The notes: generated by a model from the letters alone, not told the origin. Shown: positions 47,236-59,362, numbered from the stretch's first letter. The stretch is DNA of 64,000 nucleotides from an uncultured delta proteobacterium (GCA_963767925.1 CAVYGB010000013.1:128001-192000); one strand, 5' to 3'. Numbers and translations: made by a program.

Positions 47236-50200
47236 ATGAACTTAGCGAAGCCTCTCTCCGCGGCGCGGCCGCGACAGCTCCACGTTTGCCTCGCAGCGCT
47301 CGCGCTTGTCGCCGCGGCCTGCTCCGGCAAGTCGGGCGCCCGACCGACGGCGCGCTCGGACGGCGGCGCTGACGCGCGCGACGGCATGGGCGCCGTGGCG
47401 GGCGACGCCCGGATCGGTGACGCCGGCGCGGGCGACGCGTACGTTCGCCCCATCGTCGGATCCTGCGAGACCGTCCCGGTCACGAAGAAGGCCCGGGGAG
47501 AGGTCTGTAGCTGCCACGACGAGTGTCTCACCGGCAACTGTGTCGACGGGGTCTGCTGCAGCAGCGCCTGCAGCGGACCGTGCTTGGCCTGCAACCTGGC
47601 GGGCACGGCCGGCCAGTGCACGCCGGTGCCCGACGGGCTGCCGCCGGTCATCCCCACCCAGTGCCCGCGCGAGCCGGTGGCGAGCTGCGGGCTCGACGGC
47701 CTGTGCAACGGCCGCGGCGGGTGTCGCCGTTTTCCCGATGGCACCGCCTGCGAGCCCGGCACCTGCCAGGGCAACTCGCTGGTGGGGGCCAAGCAGTGCA
47801 GCGCCGGAAAGTGCGCCGCCCCGGTCATCGTGACCTGCTCGCCCTACGGCTGCGACGCCGGCGCCAACCGCTGTCACGACCGCTGCACGGACGGCAGCGC
47901 CTGCGCCGGAGGGGCCTGCCAGGCCGGGAGCTGCGGCAAGAAGGCGGCGGGCGCCACCTGCCAGGCGGCGGCCGAGTGCGAGTCGGGCTTCTGCACCGAC
48001 GGGGTCTGCTGCAACAGCGCCTGCAGCGGCCCCTGCGTGAGCTGCCGCGAGCCCGGGCGCTTCGGCCAGTGCGCGCCGGTGTCGGCGGGCCACATCGATC
48101 CCCACGGCCAGTGCCAGCGGCAGGGCCCCGAGACCTGCGGTCAGACCGGCGTCTGCAACGGAGAGGGCGGCTGCGCTCGCCACGCCTCGGGCACCCGCTG
48201 TCGCCCCGGCTCCTGCTCGGGCGCCAGCTTCGTGCCGCCGAGCGTTTGCGACGGCGTCGGCTCCTGCGTCCCGAGCGCGCCGATAAGCTGCGCGCCCTTC
48301 ATGTGTGCCCTGGGGGCTTGCCGGGGGACCTGCGGCACCAACGCCGACTGCATCCCGCCCAACTCCTGCCAGGGGGGGAGCTGCGGCAAGAGGGGGCTGG
48401 GCCAGCGCTGCGAGGGGAGCAGCGAGTGCCAGTCCAACCAGTGTGTCGACGGCGTCTGTTGCGACTCGGCCTGCGGGGGCAAGTGCGTCTACTGCGCCCT
48501 GCCCGAGGCGCTGGGCCGCTGCGTGAACGTCCCCGCCGGGGTGAACGACCCGCGCGCCGCCGCCGGCGTCAGCGAGCCTTCGCGCATCTGCGTCGACGAG
48601 GGGGTCGAGGCCTGCGGCAGCAACGGCCGCTGCGACGGGCAGGGCGGCTGCCAGACCTACCCCAACGGATCGATCTGCCAGCCGGAGAGCTGCGACCCGG
48701 GGGCCAACCGCTTCGCGGTGGGGACCTGCCGCAACGGGGCCTGCACCGTCGCCTCCCGGAGCTGCGCGCCCAACCGCTGCAACGGCAGCCGCTGCGGCCA
48801 GCGCTGCGCCGAGGACCCCCAGTGCGCCACGCCCAACGTCTGTCTGCGCGGCTCCTGCGGCAAGAAGCCCAACGGCGAGCCCTGCTCGGAGAGCACGGCC
48901 AGCGAGTGCGCCTCGGGGATCTGCGCCCAGGGGGTCTGCTGCGCGGGCGCCTGCGGCGGCTCCTGCGTCTCCTGCGCCTTGCCCCAGTCGGCGGGGGTCT
49001 GCTCGCCGGTGCCGGCCGGGCAGGCCGACCCGGCCCGGGCCTGCACCGACGCGGGGGCCTCGACCTGCAAGGGCGACGGGCTGTGCGACGGGCGGGGCAA
49101 GTGCCGCCTGTACGGGGAGGGGACCATCTGCGCCGCCGCGACCTGCGGCAGCGGGGTGGCCCGCCGGGTCTCGCGCTGCGATGGCGAGGGGGCCTGCGTC
49201 CCTGGCGCCACCGAGGCCTGCGCCCCCATCGTTGTCTGCGATCAGCCGGGGGTGGCCTGCGAGAAGACCTGCACCTCCGACAGCCAGTGCGTCTCGGGCA
49301 GCCGCTGCTTCGAGGGGCGCTGCGGGCTGCTCGAGAACGGCAAGGCCTGCACCGGCAGCGGCGACTGCAAGTCGGGCTTCTGCGTGGACGGGGTGTGCTG
49401 CGATCGGGCCTGCGGCGGCAACAACCAGAACGACTGCCTGGCCTGCGCCCGCGACGCCGGGGCCACCGCCGACGGCAAGTGCGGCGCGCGCGGCGGCGGC
49501 ACCCGCTGCAGCGACGGCAACGCCTGCACCGAGAACGACGCCTGCTCGGGCGAGACCTGCGCGGGGGTGACGGTTGTCTGCACCGCCAAGAGCCGGTGCC
49601 ACGACGCCGGCACCTGCGACCCGGTGACCGGTCGCTGCACGACGCCCGCCCGCAGCAACGGCGCGCCTTGCGACGACGCCAACTCCTGCACCAGCGCCGA
49701 TAGCTGCAGCGGCGGGGCCTGCGGCGGCGTGGCGGTGGTCTGCCCGGCGGGGGGCCAGTGTGCGGTGTCGGCCTGCGATCCCGCGACCGGCATGTGCGCC
49801 AGCCAGCCTCGCGCCGACGGGACCACCTGCAGCGACGACAGCCGCTGCACCCGGGCCGACACCTGCCAGCGGGGACAATGTGTGGGCAGCGATCCGGTCG
49901 TGTGCCAGGCGGGGGCCTGCCACGAGGCGGGGGTCTGCGAGGCGGCCACCGGCGTCTGCACCCGACCGGTGCGGGCGGATGGGACCCTGTGCGAAGACGG
50001 CAACCGCTGCACGCTCGAAGATCGCTGCGCGGGCGGGGCCTGCCTGGCGGGGCCGCCGAAGTCCTGCGCCAGCGCCGGCGTCTGCCAGACCGCCGGGAGC
50101 TGCGATCCCGCCGACGGCCAGTGCAAGGGGGGGACCGCCCGGCCCGACGACAGCCCCTGCGACGACGACAACCTGTGCACCACCGCCGATCGCTGCCGGG

Positions 50201-50991
50201 GAGGCCTGTGCGCCGGAGCGAGCGTGAGCTGCCCGGGGGCCACCCCCTGCCGGGTCGCCTCGACCTGCAACCCGCTCACCGGGATCTGCGCTCCGGGGGC
50301 GCCCCGGAACCCGGGGACGGCCTGCGACGACGCCACCCGCTGCACCCAGGACGACGTCTGCCGCAGCGACGGCGAATGCCGGGGCGACCCGGTGTCGTGC
50401 CCGCCCGCCACCGCCTGCCTGGCCGCCTCGGCCTGCAACCTCGAGAGCGGGGTGTGCGCCGAGCGGGCCCCGCTCAACGAAGGCGGCGCCTGCGATGACG
50501 GCAGCTCCTGCTCCGAGGGGGACGTCTGCCGGCAGGGCACGTGTGTCGGTCGGGCCAAGACCTGCACCTCCAGCAACGTCTGCGTGGGCCCGGGGGCCTG
50601 CGATCAGGCCAGCGGCCTGTGCACGGTGGGCAGCTTCCTCGACGGCACGAGCTGCAGCGATGGCAACGCCTGCACCGACGACGATAGCTGCTCGGGGGGG
50701 AGCTGCCGGGGAAGTCCCCGCTCCTGCCCGGCCACCGTCTGCCACGCCCCGGGGAGCTGCAACCCCGCCACCGGCCAGTGCTCGGGGGGCGTCCCCCTCA
50801 GCGGGGCCGAGTGCGACGACAACGACGCCTGCACCACCACCTCCCTCTGTCAGGCGGGGGTCTGCCTGGGGACCGCCCCCAAGGACTGCAGCGACAGCGA
50901 TCCCTGCACGCTGGACGCCTGCGCCGCGGGCGGCTGCGTGCACACGCCCATCGCCGGCTGCCTGCCCGACGCCGGCGCCGATGGGCCCTGA
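47236..50991 (+). CDS. Very large Cys-rich repeat lipoprotein
   Basis: Lipobox AAAC; repeated C.SG.CVDGVCC..AC.G.C modules, then CxDxNxCTxxDxC modules. Confidence 0.85.
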   Translation: MNLAKPLSAARPRQLHVCLAALALVAAACSGKSGARPTARSDGGADARDGMGAVAGDARIGDAGAGDAYVRPIVGSCETVPVTKKARGEVCSCHDECLTGNCVDGVCCSSACSGPCLACNLAGTAGQCTPVPDGLPPVIPTQCPREPVASCGLDGLCNGRGGCRRFPDGTACEPGTCQGNSLVGAKQCSAGKCAAPVIVTCSPYGCDAGANRCHDRCTDGSACAGGACQAGSCGKKAAGATCQAAAECESGFCTDGVCCNSACSGPCVSCREPGRFGQCAPVSAGHIDPHGQCQRQGPETCGQTGVCNGEGGCARHASGTRCRPGSCSGASFVPPSVCDGVGSCVPSAPISCAPFMCALGACRGTCGTNADCIPPNSCQGGSCGKRGLGQRCEGSSECQSNQCVDGVCCDSACGGKCVYCALPEALGRCVNVPAGVNDPRAAAGVSEPSRICVDEGVEACGSNGRCDGQGGCQTYPNGSICQPESCDPGANRFAVGTCRNGACTVASRSCAPNRCNGSRCGQRCAEDPQCATPNVCLRGSCGKKPNGEPCSESTASECASGICAQGVCCAGACGGSCVSCALPQSAGVCSPVPAGQADPARACTDAGASTCKGDGLCDGRGKCRLYGEGTICAAATCGSGVARRVSRCDGEGACVPGATEACAPIVVCDQPGVACEKTCTSDSQCVSGSRCFEGRCGLLENGKACTGSGDCKSGFCVDGVCCDRACGGNNQNDCLACARDAGATADGKCGARGGGTRCSDGNACTENDACSGETCAGVTVVCTAKSRCHDAGTCDPVTGRCTTPARSNGAPCDDANSCTSADSCSGGACGGVAVVCPAGGQCAVSACDPATGMCASQPRADGTTCSDDSRCTRADTCQRGQCVGSDPVVCQAGACHEAGVCEAATGVCTRPVRADGTLCEDGNRCTLEDRCAGGACLAGPPKSCASAGVCQTAGSCDPADGQCKGGTARPDDSPCDDDNLCTTADRCRGGLCAGASVSCPGATPCRVASTCNPLTGICAPGAPRNPGTACDDATRCTQDDVCRSDGECRGDPVSCPPATACLAASACNLESGVCAERAPLNEGGACDDGSSCSEGDVCRQGTCVGRAKTCTSSNVCVGPGACDQASGLCTVGSFLDGTSCSDGNACTDDDSCSGGSCRGSPRSCPATVCHAPGSCNPATGQCSGGVPLSGAECDDNDACTTTSLCQAGVCLGTAPKDCSDSDPCTLDACAAGGCVHTPIAGCLPDAGADGP

Positions 50992-52198
50992 GGACCGCGA
51001 CGAGATCCGGGTCGAGATCACCGGCCTGGCCCACGGAGGAGACGCGGTCGGCCGCCAGCAGGGTGGGGCGGCGGACGGGCGCGTGACCTTCGTGCCGCTC
51101 GCCGCGCCCGGCGAACGGGTGCGGGCCCGGATCGTGCGCGCCCAGCCCCGGGTGGCCTGGGCCGAGCTGCTGGAGATCGAGCGCCCGGGACCGGGGCGGG
51201 TCGCGCCCCCCTGTCCCCTGTTCGGCCGCTGCGGCGGCTGCCAGTGGCAACACGTCGGCGCCGAGGAGCAGCGCCTGGCCAAGGGCGCCGCCGTCTCCTG
51301 GGCCCTCGGCATCGAGGTGGGCGCGGCGCGCGCGGTGGGCCCTCCCTACGGCTACCGCGAGCGGGCCCGGCTCACCGTGGGGCGAGGCTCGGCGATCGGG
51401 TTCCGGGCGCGTCGCTCGCACGAGGTGATCGACGTGCCCGCTTGCCCCTTGCTCGCCCCCAGCCTGGCCCGGGCCCTCCCGCTCGTGCGCGAGCGGGCGG
51501 CCGGGGCCCGCCCCGGCGAGCAGGTGTCGATCCAGGGCGGTCGGGAGGGCGAGGTGGTTTGGCGGCTCGGTCCCCGCGCCTGGCGGCTGGATCCCGGAGG
51601 GAGCGGCGAGGCCACCCGTCCGCGGGAGATCGATGGCAGCGACCCGGCGCTCTGGCCCGACGTCGCCGAGCCGGGTGGGACCGCGCTGCGGGTGCCGCCG
51701 GGCGGCTTCTCCCAGGTCGGCGGGGCGGCCAACGCCGCCCTGGTGGCGGCGGCGCTGGAGGCGGTGGGCCCCGATCCCGGCCGCCTGCTCGAGCTGCACG
51801 CCGGGTCGGGCAACTTCACCCGCGCCCTGGTTGGCCGCACCCCCACGGTGATCGCCAGCGACGGCGACCGGGCGGCGGTCGCCCGCGGCCGGCGCAACGT
51901 CCCCGCCGCCCGCTGGTACCCGGAGGCGGAGCTGCCCGCCGAGCCGGTCGACACCGCCCTGGTCGATCCGCCCCGCGAGGGGCTCGAGGCCGGCAGCCTG
52001 GCCCGGGCGGCCGCCGCTGGCCGCCGCCTGGTGTACGTCTCCTGCGATCCCCAGACCCTCGCCCGCGACAGCAAGCGCTTGCAGGCCCGGGGCTGGCGGC
52101 TGCAGGGGGCGCTCGCCCTCGACCTCATGCCCCAGACCCACCACGTGGAGGTGGTGGCGGTGTATGTGGCCGATCCTGCGCGGGCGCCGTCGGTGTGA
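50981..52198 (+). CDS. rlmD: 23S rRNA (uracil-5)-methyltransferase, RlmD/RumA family
   Basis: TRAM domain, Fe-S motif CPLFGRCGGCQWQH, FSQV, ELHAGSGNF, VDPPREG, YVSCDPQTLARD, MPQTHHVE. Confidence 0.88.
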   Translation: MGPEDRDEIRVEITGLAHGGDAVGRQQGGAADGRVTFVPLAAPGERVRARIVRAQPRVAWAELLEIERPGPGRVAPPCPLFGRCGGCQWQHVGAEEQRLAKGAAVSWALGIEVGAARAVGPPYGYRERARLTVGRGSAIGFRARRSHEVIDVPACPLLAPSLARALPLVRERAAGARPGEQVSIQGGREGEVVWRLGPRAWRLDPGGSGEATRPREIDGSDPALWPDVAEPGGTALRVPPGGFSQVGGAANAALVAAALEAVGPDPGRLLELHAGSGNFTRALVGRTPTVIASDGDRAAVARGRRNVPAARWYPEAELPAEPVDTALVDPPREGLEAGSLARAAAAGRRLVYVSCDPQTLARDSKRLQARGWRLQGALALDLMPQTHHVEVVAVYVADPARAPSV

Positions 52199-52275
52199 GC
52201 CCAGCCGGGCCGGCTCTTTTTCGCCGCGCGCAGCGTTTCGTTGCTCCGGCGCGGATCGTTTCGAATGCTTGGGAG

Positions 52276-52890
52276 GTGCGGGCTAACGGACGTCGGGGTC
52301 GACAGGCTGGGTTTTCACTCATCGAGATGCTGATCGTCGTGGCGATCATCGGGGTCCTCGCGGCCCTCGCCACCGTGGGTTACAAGCGCTACATCGGGCG
52401 CGCCCGGGTCAGCGAGGCGATCACCTTGATTGCGGAGATGGCCAGCAAGCAGCAGATCTACTTCCTCGAGTTCGGCAGCTACTTGCCCCTGCGCGCCGAC
52501 AACATGACGATCCCCAGTCCCAACGAGGACGCCACCGGCTTTTACCCGACCGACCCCACCACCAGCACCTTCTCGTCCGCGCGCACGGCGACCTCGATCG
52601 CCAACCCCACCGGCTGGCCCGCCGCCTGGCGGGCGGTGGGGCTGCGCCCGCGCCTGCAGAGCCTGTATTGCACCTACATGCTCAACGTCGGCCGGGCCGG
52701 CGACGCGGCACCCGCCTCCTCGACCTACGGCCCCGCCTTGCTCGGAACCATCGCTGCCGCCAGCCCGCCCTGGTTCTACACGCTGGCGGCCTGCAACCTG
52801 AACGGCGCCACCGGCTGGCCCAGCAACGTCATGGTGCTGGGCATGAGCAGCAACGCCTCGGCGCTGCGCACCTTCAACGACGGGCAGTGA
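52276..52890 (+). CDS. Type IV pilin-like protein (prepilin cleavage/methylation motif)
   Basis: RQAG|FSLIEMLIVVAIIGVLAALA, followed by RARVSEA. Confidence 0.88.
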   Translation: MRANGRRGRQAGFSLIEMLIVVAIIGVLAALATVGYKRYIGRARVSEAITLIAEMASKQQIYFLEFGSYLPLRADNMTIPSPNEDATGFYPTDPTTSTFSSARTATSIANPTGWPAAWRAVGLRPRLQSLYCTYMLNVGRAGDAAPASSTYGPALLGTIAAASPPWFYTLAACNLNGATGWPSNVMVLGMSSNASALRTFNDGQ

Positions 52891-52903
52891 GCGCCCGCGC
52901 CAC

Positions 52904-53512
52904 CTACATGGTGGTGACGCAGCGACCGTTCATGCAGGCCCGGTTGGGCGGCTCGCAGTAGTTGCCGTTGCAGCACAGCTCCCCGGTGTTGCCGCAGGTC
53001 TCGCAGCGGGCTCCGGCGTCGGTGCGCAGGCAGACCGTGAGCTCGCGGGCGCAATAGCCCCCGTCGGCGCCCTGGCAGCAGCTCTCGCGCAGGCCGCCGC
53101 AGATGCTGCCGCAGGTGGTGGTCAGGCAGCTCGCCGCGACGCCCTTGCACATGTCGAAGGCGGCGGTGCAGGTGCCGTCGGTGCAGCAGCCGTTGCTGTT
53201 GCAGCGGTTGCCGGGGCAGCACTTCTGGTCGGGGGCCCCGCAGGCCTCCCCCGCTTCGACCAGGCTGGCGTCGCCGGGCCGGTCGGTCACCCGGCTGTCG
53301 TTGGGGTCCTGGCCATTCGCGTCAACGGGCGGCGGATTCGAGGAGTCGTTGCTCCCGCCGACGCCACCCCGGCCTCCGGTTCCTCCGCTTCCGCCGATCC
53401 CGGCCAGCGGGCCGGCGTCGACGGGCGGTCGGACGTATTTGCGGCAGGCGGGCAGCGGTGCGGCCAGGACGGCCAGCAGGGCCGCAGCGGGAAGCCATCT
53501 CGCTAAGTGCAT
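52904..53512 (-). CDS. Small Cys-rich lipoprotein
   Basis: Lipobox LPAC, Gly-rich linker, CGxxxxxCC modules like those of 19366-20658. Confidence 0.75.
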   Translation of the reverse strand: MHLARWLPAAALLAVLAAPLPACRKYVRPPVDAGPLAGIGGSGGTGGRGGVGGSNDSSNPPPVDANGQDPNDSRVTDRPGDASLVEAGEACGAPDQKCCPGNRCNSNGCCTDGTCTAAFDMCKGVAASCLTTTCGSICGGLRESCCQGADGGYCARELTVCLRTDAGARCETCGNTGELCCNGNYCEPPNRACMNGRCVTTM

Positions 53513-53706
53513 GTTTTGTCTAACCCTCGATGTCCTACTACGCGTGGCAAGCGCCCCGGCTGCCCCGGACGAAGCCTCATACTACTTCACTACTGGCTTG
53601 CCTACCGACTTGTGCGCAAACCCGGCCCCGCCGACGCCGGCCAGCGACGCCCATCACGCCGCCCAGCTCGTTTCCGCCGGCGGTGGCGCCATATAAACTG
53701 CGCTGC

Positions 53707-54926
53707 GTGCCAGACCCAGCCAGCCAGGAGACAGCCAGCCAGGACCGCGTCCTCGTCACCGTGACCGGACGGGATCGCCCCGGCGTGACCGCCATGTTGA
53801 GCGAGCATCCTCGTCCAGAAGGGAGCGGTGCTCACCGACATCGAGCAGGTGGTCGTGCAGGGGCAGCTCACGCTGTGCCTCCTCGTCGATCTCCCTCGCT
53901 CCAGCGACGTGCTCAAGGAGCTGCTGTTCGCCGCCAAGCAGCTCGGCATGTCGCTCGACTTCAACCCGGTCAGCGACGAGCCAGCCGCCGGGCAGGTCGA
54001 TGTCTCCTCGAGCCAGCGCTACGTCATCACCGCCATCGCCCGCAGCCTGGGGGCCAGCCACATCCACGCCATCGCCTCCACCCTGGCGGGGGAGGGGGCC
54101 AACATCGAGAAGATCTCGCGCCTGTCCGAAGGGGCCCTCGCCTCGGTCGAGATCCACGCCACGTTGGCCCCCGGCGGCGATCCCGACCGGCTCAGGCGGG
54201 CCTTGCTGGGGGTGGCCACCCGCTCCTCGTTCGACGTGGCCCTGCAGCGCGAGGGGCTGTTTCGCCGCTCGAAGCGCCTCGTCGTGATGGACATGGACTC
54301 GACCCTCATCCGGATCGAGGTGATCGACGAGCTGGCCCGCGCCGCCGGCGTGCTACGAGCGGGTCGCCGCCATCACCGAGCAGGCCATGCAGGGGGAGAT
54401 GAACTACGACGAATCCCTGCGCCAGCGGGTGGCGCTGCTGGCCGGGCTCGAAGCGTCCGCCCTCGAGCGCATCGCCGCCGAGCTGCCCCTTGACCGAAGG
54501 GGCCGAGACCCTGGTGCGGGTGCTCAAGCGGCTCGGCTACCGGCTGGCCATCATCAGCGGTGGCTTCTCTCACGCCGCCGAGGCGCTCAAGCGCCGGCTG
54601 GGGATCGACTACGCCTTCTCCAACAACCTGGAGATCGAGGGCGGCAGCTGACCGGGCGCGTGCTGGGCCCCATCGTCAACGCCCACCGCAAGGCCGAGCT
54701 GGTGGAGATCATCGCCCAGCTCGAGGGGGTGGTGCTCGACCAGGTCGTGGCGGTGGGCGACGGGGCCAACGACATCTTCATGCTGGAGAAGGCCGGCCTG
54801 GGCATCGCCTTTCACGCCAAGACCAAGCTGCGCGAGGCGGCCGACACCTCCATCTCGGGCGCCGGCCTCGACGCCGTCCTGTACCTCCTCGGCATCACCG
54901 CCCGCGAGATCAAGGAGATCCGCTGA
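53707..54926 (+). CDS. serB: Phosphoserine phosphatase SerB with ACT domains (frameshifted)
   Basis: [21 protein letters not shown] motif [33 protein letters not shown]. Confidence 0.9.
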
Positions 54927-54949
54927 CGCCCGGTGCTCCCTGACCGCGT

Positions 54950-54980
54950 GACGTTCGGGTTCGACCGCAACCCGAACGTC
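54950..54980. terminator. Hairpin between convergent serB and nadB
   Basis: Perfect 12-bp stem GACGTTCGGGTT / AACCCGAACGTC with a 7-nt loop; no U-tract. Confidence 0.5.
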
Positions 54981-54990
54981 GCCCGGGCGC

Positions 54991-56584
54991 TCAGGCCATG
55001 GGGCCGTCGCCGCGGGCGAGGACGGTGTCCTGCTCGAGGCGGGGGTCGCGGTCGGGGTGGTCGAGGTTGAAGTGCAGGCCCCGGCTCTCCTGCCGGCGGC
55101 GGGCGCTGTGGATGATGAGGTCGGCCACCAGGGCGATGTTGCGCAGCTCGAGCAGGTCGTTGTTGACGAGGAAGTTCCAGTAGTACTCGCGGATCTCCTC
55201 GCGGATGAGGCTGATGCGCCGCTGCGCCCGCTCGAGCCGGGCGTCCGAGCGCACCACCCCCACGTAGTTCCACATGAGCCGCCGGATCTCGTCCCAGGTG
55301 TGGCTGACGATGACCGCCTCGTCGGGCAAGCTGGCCTCGCCCGGCGTACCAGGGGGCGACGTAGGGCGGCCGGCTCACCTGCGACGCCGCGGACGTCGTC
55401 GGCGGCCCGCGCGGCGTAGACCAGGGCCTCGAGCAGGGAGTTGGAGGCCAGCCGGCAGGCGCCGTGCAGCCCGGTCATCGACACCTCGCCGATGGCGTAC
55501 AGGTTGCGCACGCTGGTGCGTCCGGGCTCGTCGACCAGCACGCCCCCACAGCTGTAGTGGGCGGCCGGCACCACCGGGATCGGCTCTTTCGCCATGTCGA
55601 TGCCCAGCTCGAGACAACGGCGGTGGATGTTGGGGAAACGCTCGGCCAGGAAGGCGGCCGGCAGGTGGGTCATGTCGAGCACGACGTGGTCGTCGCCGGT
55701 GCGCTTCATCTCGGCGTCGATGGCCCGGGCCACGATGTCGCGGGGGGCGAGATCGCGCAGCTCGTGGTAGCGGGGCATGAAGGCCGATCCGTCGCGCAGC
55801 CGCAAGATGCCGCCCTCGCCGCGCAGGGCCTCGCTGATCAGGAAGGACTTGGCCTCCGGGTGATAGAGGCAGGTGGGGTGAAACTGGAAGAACTCCATGT
55901 TCGCCACCCGGGCGCCCACCCGGTAGGCCATCGCCACCCCGTCGCCGGTCGCCACGTCGGGGTTGGAGGTGTAGAGGTAGACCTTGCCCGCGCCGCCGGT
56001 GGCGATGATCACCGCCCGGGCGACGATGGTCTTCACCTCGCCGGTCTTCTGATCGAACACGTAGGCCCCGAACACGACGTTGGGCCCTCCGTATTTGGCG
56101 GTCGTGAGCAGGTCGATGGCCATGTGATCGCGCAGCACCGTGATGCGATCGCTGCGCTCCTGCGGTGCGGGCCAGCAGCGCGGTCAGGATCGCCTCGCCG
56201 GTCGTGTCGCGGGCGTGGACGATGCGGCGCGCGCTGTGCCCGCCCTCGCGGCCCAGCGCGAACTGTCCGTCGGCGTCGCGGTCGAACTGGACCCCGAGCT
56301 GGTTGGCCAGGTTGCAGGATGTGCTCGGGCCCCTCACGCACACAGCGTTCGACCACCTCGCGCTGGCACAGGCCATCGCCCACCTTCAGGGTGTCGTCGA
56401 TGTGCTGCTCGGGGCTGTCGTCGGGGCCGAGCACGCCCGCCACCCCGCCCTGGGCGTATTGGGTGTTGGCCTCGTTGGGGGCTCGCTTGGTCACCACCAC
56501 GACGCGGCCGTGTTCGGCCGCCCGCAGGGCGAAATACAGTCCCGCCAGGCCGGAGCCGAGGACGAGGTAGTCGGTTTCCTCCAC
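54991..56584 (-). CDS. nadB: L-aspartate oxidase (frameshifted)
   Basis: [81 protein letters not shown]. Confidence 0.93.
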
Positions 56585-56664
56585 GCGCCGAATCTACTCC
56601 AGGATCCAGGTCCAGGGCTGCGGCCTGCAGACCTGGTACGTGTTACGATCAGCGCTCTGTCGTG

Positions 56665-57561
56665 ATGCCCCGATCCGATCCCGCTCCTGTGCGCGCTGGC
56701 CGTGCTCTGCGCGGCCGTCCCGCGCAGGGGCGGCGGTCTGGAAACGCGTGCGCCCCGACGGCACCGAGGAGTTCACCAACATCCGCCCCACCGGCAAGGA
56801 GTGGAAGCGGGTCAAGGGGGCAGGCGGTCCCGAGCGCAGCAGCGCCCCGCCGGTGCGCGAGTCGGCGGGCAAGCTGCCCATGGCCGCCGCCGCGGCCTCC
56901 AGCACCCGCACCGGCAGCACCATCTGGGGCCGGGAGAACGAGGACGGCACCCTCGAGTTCACCAACCTGAGCCCGGTGGGCTCGCGCTGGCGCGTCCTCT
57001 ACCGCACCGGCCCGGGCAAGGCCGCCTCGACCCGCGGTCCTTCCGACCTGGTGCCGCCGCGGGATCGCTCGAGCGCCCGCTTCTCGCCGCTACGACGAGC
57101 ACATCCGCGACCAGCAGGCGTTCTTCGGCATCCCCCAGGCCTTCGTGCGCGCGGTGATCAAGGTGGAGTCCGACTACGACCCCCGGGTCGTCTCCAGCGC
57201 CGGCTGCGTGGGGCTGATGCAGCTCATGCCGGAGACCGCGCGTCATATGGGCGTGACCGACATCTGGGATCCCCGCCAGAACATCATGGGCGGCTCGCGC
57301 TACCTGCAGGTGCTGGCCCGCCGGTTCTGCCGGACCCCGGCCCGGCAGGGCGCCCCCGGCTTCATGTGCTCCTCCGAGGAGCTGGTGCGGGTCATCGCCG
57401 GCTACCACGCCGGCCCCGGGGCGGTGGAAAAATACGGGGGCATGCCGCCCTACGAGACCACCCGGGCCTACGTGACCAACGTCTTGCAGCGGTACGAAGA
57501 GTACCGCCACCGCGAAGGGCAGAGCCGGGACGGCTCGACCCTCGCGGCGACCAAACCCTGA
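56665..57561 (+). CDS. Lytic transglycosylase (SLT) with N-terminal DUF4124-like repeats (frameshifted)
   Basis: AVIKVESDYDP..VS..G..GLMQLMPETA, NIMGG.RYL, YHAGPG.V.KYGG.PPY.TT..YV; two DGTxEFTN motifs upstream. Confidence 0.85.
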
Positions 57562-57578
57562 GGGTGGGAGCTGGCGCC

Positions 57579-58846
57579 GTGTCGTCGCTGACTTCGCCCG
57601 TGGCGTCCGGGGAGCTGCCCCGGCCGCCCGCCCCCGACGCCTCCGCCCGCATGCGCCGGGCCGGTCAGCTCGTCTCGGAGCGGCGGCTGGCCGAGGCGGA
57701 GGTCGAGATCCTGGAGGCGCTCGGGGAGGCGCCCGACGACCTGCGGGCCCACAAGCTGCTGGCCCTGGTTCGGTTCCGCCTGGGGCGGCTGGTCGACGCG
57801 CGGGCGTCGTACCAGAAGGTTGTCGAGGCGGCCCCCGAAGACGCCGCCGCCCGCCTCAACCTGGGGCTCATCGCCCTCAAGCTCGAGCGCTTCGAGGAGG
57901 CGACCGACGAGCTGGCTGGCCGCCGTCCGGCTGCGCCCGAGATGCCCGGACGCTCGCCTACCTCGGCCATGCCCAGGCCCGCCTGGGCCGCACCGGCGAG
58001 GCGGCGCGCGCCTTCCGGCAGGCGGGGCAGCCCGATCTGGCCGCGAGATCGAGACCCGGGCCAGCCCGCTCGACTCCCCCTTCGACGCGCAGGAGGCACC
58101 GGCGCCCGATAGCCGCCCCGCGGCCGGCCAGCCGCTCACCGGGTTCGTGCACGCCCGGCTGCTCGACATCGCCGCCCCGGCCAGCCCGTCGGACGGGATC
58201 TACCGGATGGCGCTGGACCCCGACGCCGACACGAAGCCCCCCGCCCAGGCCTTCGTGCAGGCCGACCGGCTGCTCGTCGCGGTGGGGGCGGTGGCGGTGG
58301 AGCCCGCCCGCCGGCGCCAGCGCGGGCAGCAGACCGAGGCCCCCCTGGGCGGGACCGACGGCCCTTTCCTGTTTTGCCGGGGCCGGGGCGAGCTCTGGCT
58401 GACCCCCGCGGGCCCGCCCGGCAGCCTCGACGCCCTCGACCTGGAGGAGGACGTGCTGTTCGTGCGCGAGTCCTCGGTGCTGGCCTTCTCCGGCGAGCTG
58501 GTCTGGGAGTCGGGGGCCATCCCCCGCTCGGACGTGCGCCTGTTGCACCTGCACGGCAGCGGGCGGGTGATCGTCGACTGGTCGGCCCGCGACGTGGTGG
58601 CCCTGCGCCTGGTCGAGGGAAGACCCCTCGACCGTGTCGGCCGAGCGCCTGTGCGGCTGGATCGGACATGTGGTCGTGAGCCTCACCGGGGACAGCGTCC
58701 CGGGGCCTCTGGTCGCCTGCGAGGGCGAAGGGGTGCTATTGATCGCCCGCAATGGGCAAGCTGGCGAGCGAGTTCACCAACGCGCCGAACCTGGTCACGA
58801 TGGGCCGGGTCATCCTGATCCCGGGCGTGCTGTTCTTCATCGATAA
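57579..58846 (+). CDS. TPR protein with a C-terminal AIM24-like domain (frameshifted; end uncertain)
   Basis: TPR helices (AHKLLALVRFRLG, ARLNLGLIALKLE); GRGELWL, DVLFVRESSVLAF, LHGSG and CEGEGVLL resemble AIM24. Confidence 0.6.
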
Positions 58847-59362
58847 CTACAGCCCGCTGCGCAGCTTCATCGCGGCCCTGCTGTACCTGGTGTCGGCGGC
58901 CACCGACGCCCTCGACGGCTACCTGGCCCGCCGCCGCGGGCAGGTGAGCGTGCTCGGCAAGTTCCTCGATCCCCTGGCCGACAAGCTGATCGTCACCGCC
59001 GTGCTGGTGGTGATGGTGGGGCTGGGGCGGGTGCCCGCCTGGGTGGTGGTGGTGATGATCGCCCGCGACCTGGCGGTCAACGGCCTGCGCGGGCGTGGCC
59101 TCGGCCCACGGGCTGGTCATCGCGGCCAGCGAAGGGCGGCAAGGTGAAGACCGCCCTGCAGCTGGTGGCCATCGTGATGCTGCTGATCCACTTTCGCTAC
59201 CCGGTGCTGGGGATGGAGGTCAGCGTCGACTACCACGCGGCCGGCATGGTGACCCTCTACGTCTCGCTGGCGATGTCGATGCTCTCGGGCGTCGAATACC
59301 TGCGCCAGTTCGTCGCGGTGCTGGGGCGCGAGGGCGATTCGGCGGGAAGCCCCGCGCCTTGA
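58752..59362 (+). CDS. pgsA: CDP-diacylglycerol--glycerol-3-phosphate 3-phosphatidyltransferase (frameshifted)
   Basis: PNLVTMGR, TDALDGYLARR...GKFLDPLADKL, GKVKTALQLVAI. Confidence 0.92.
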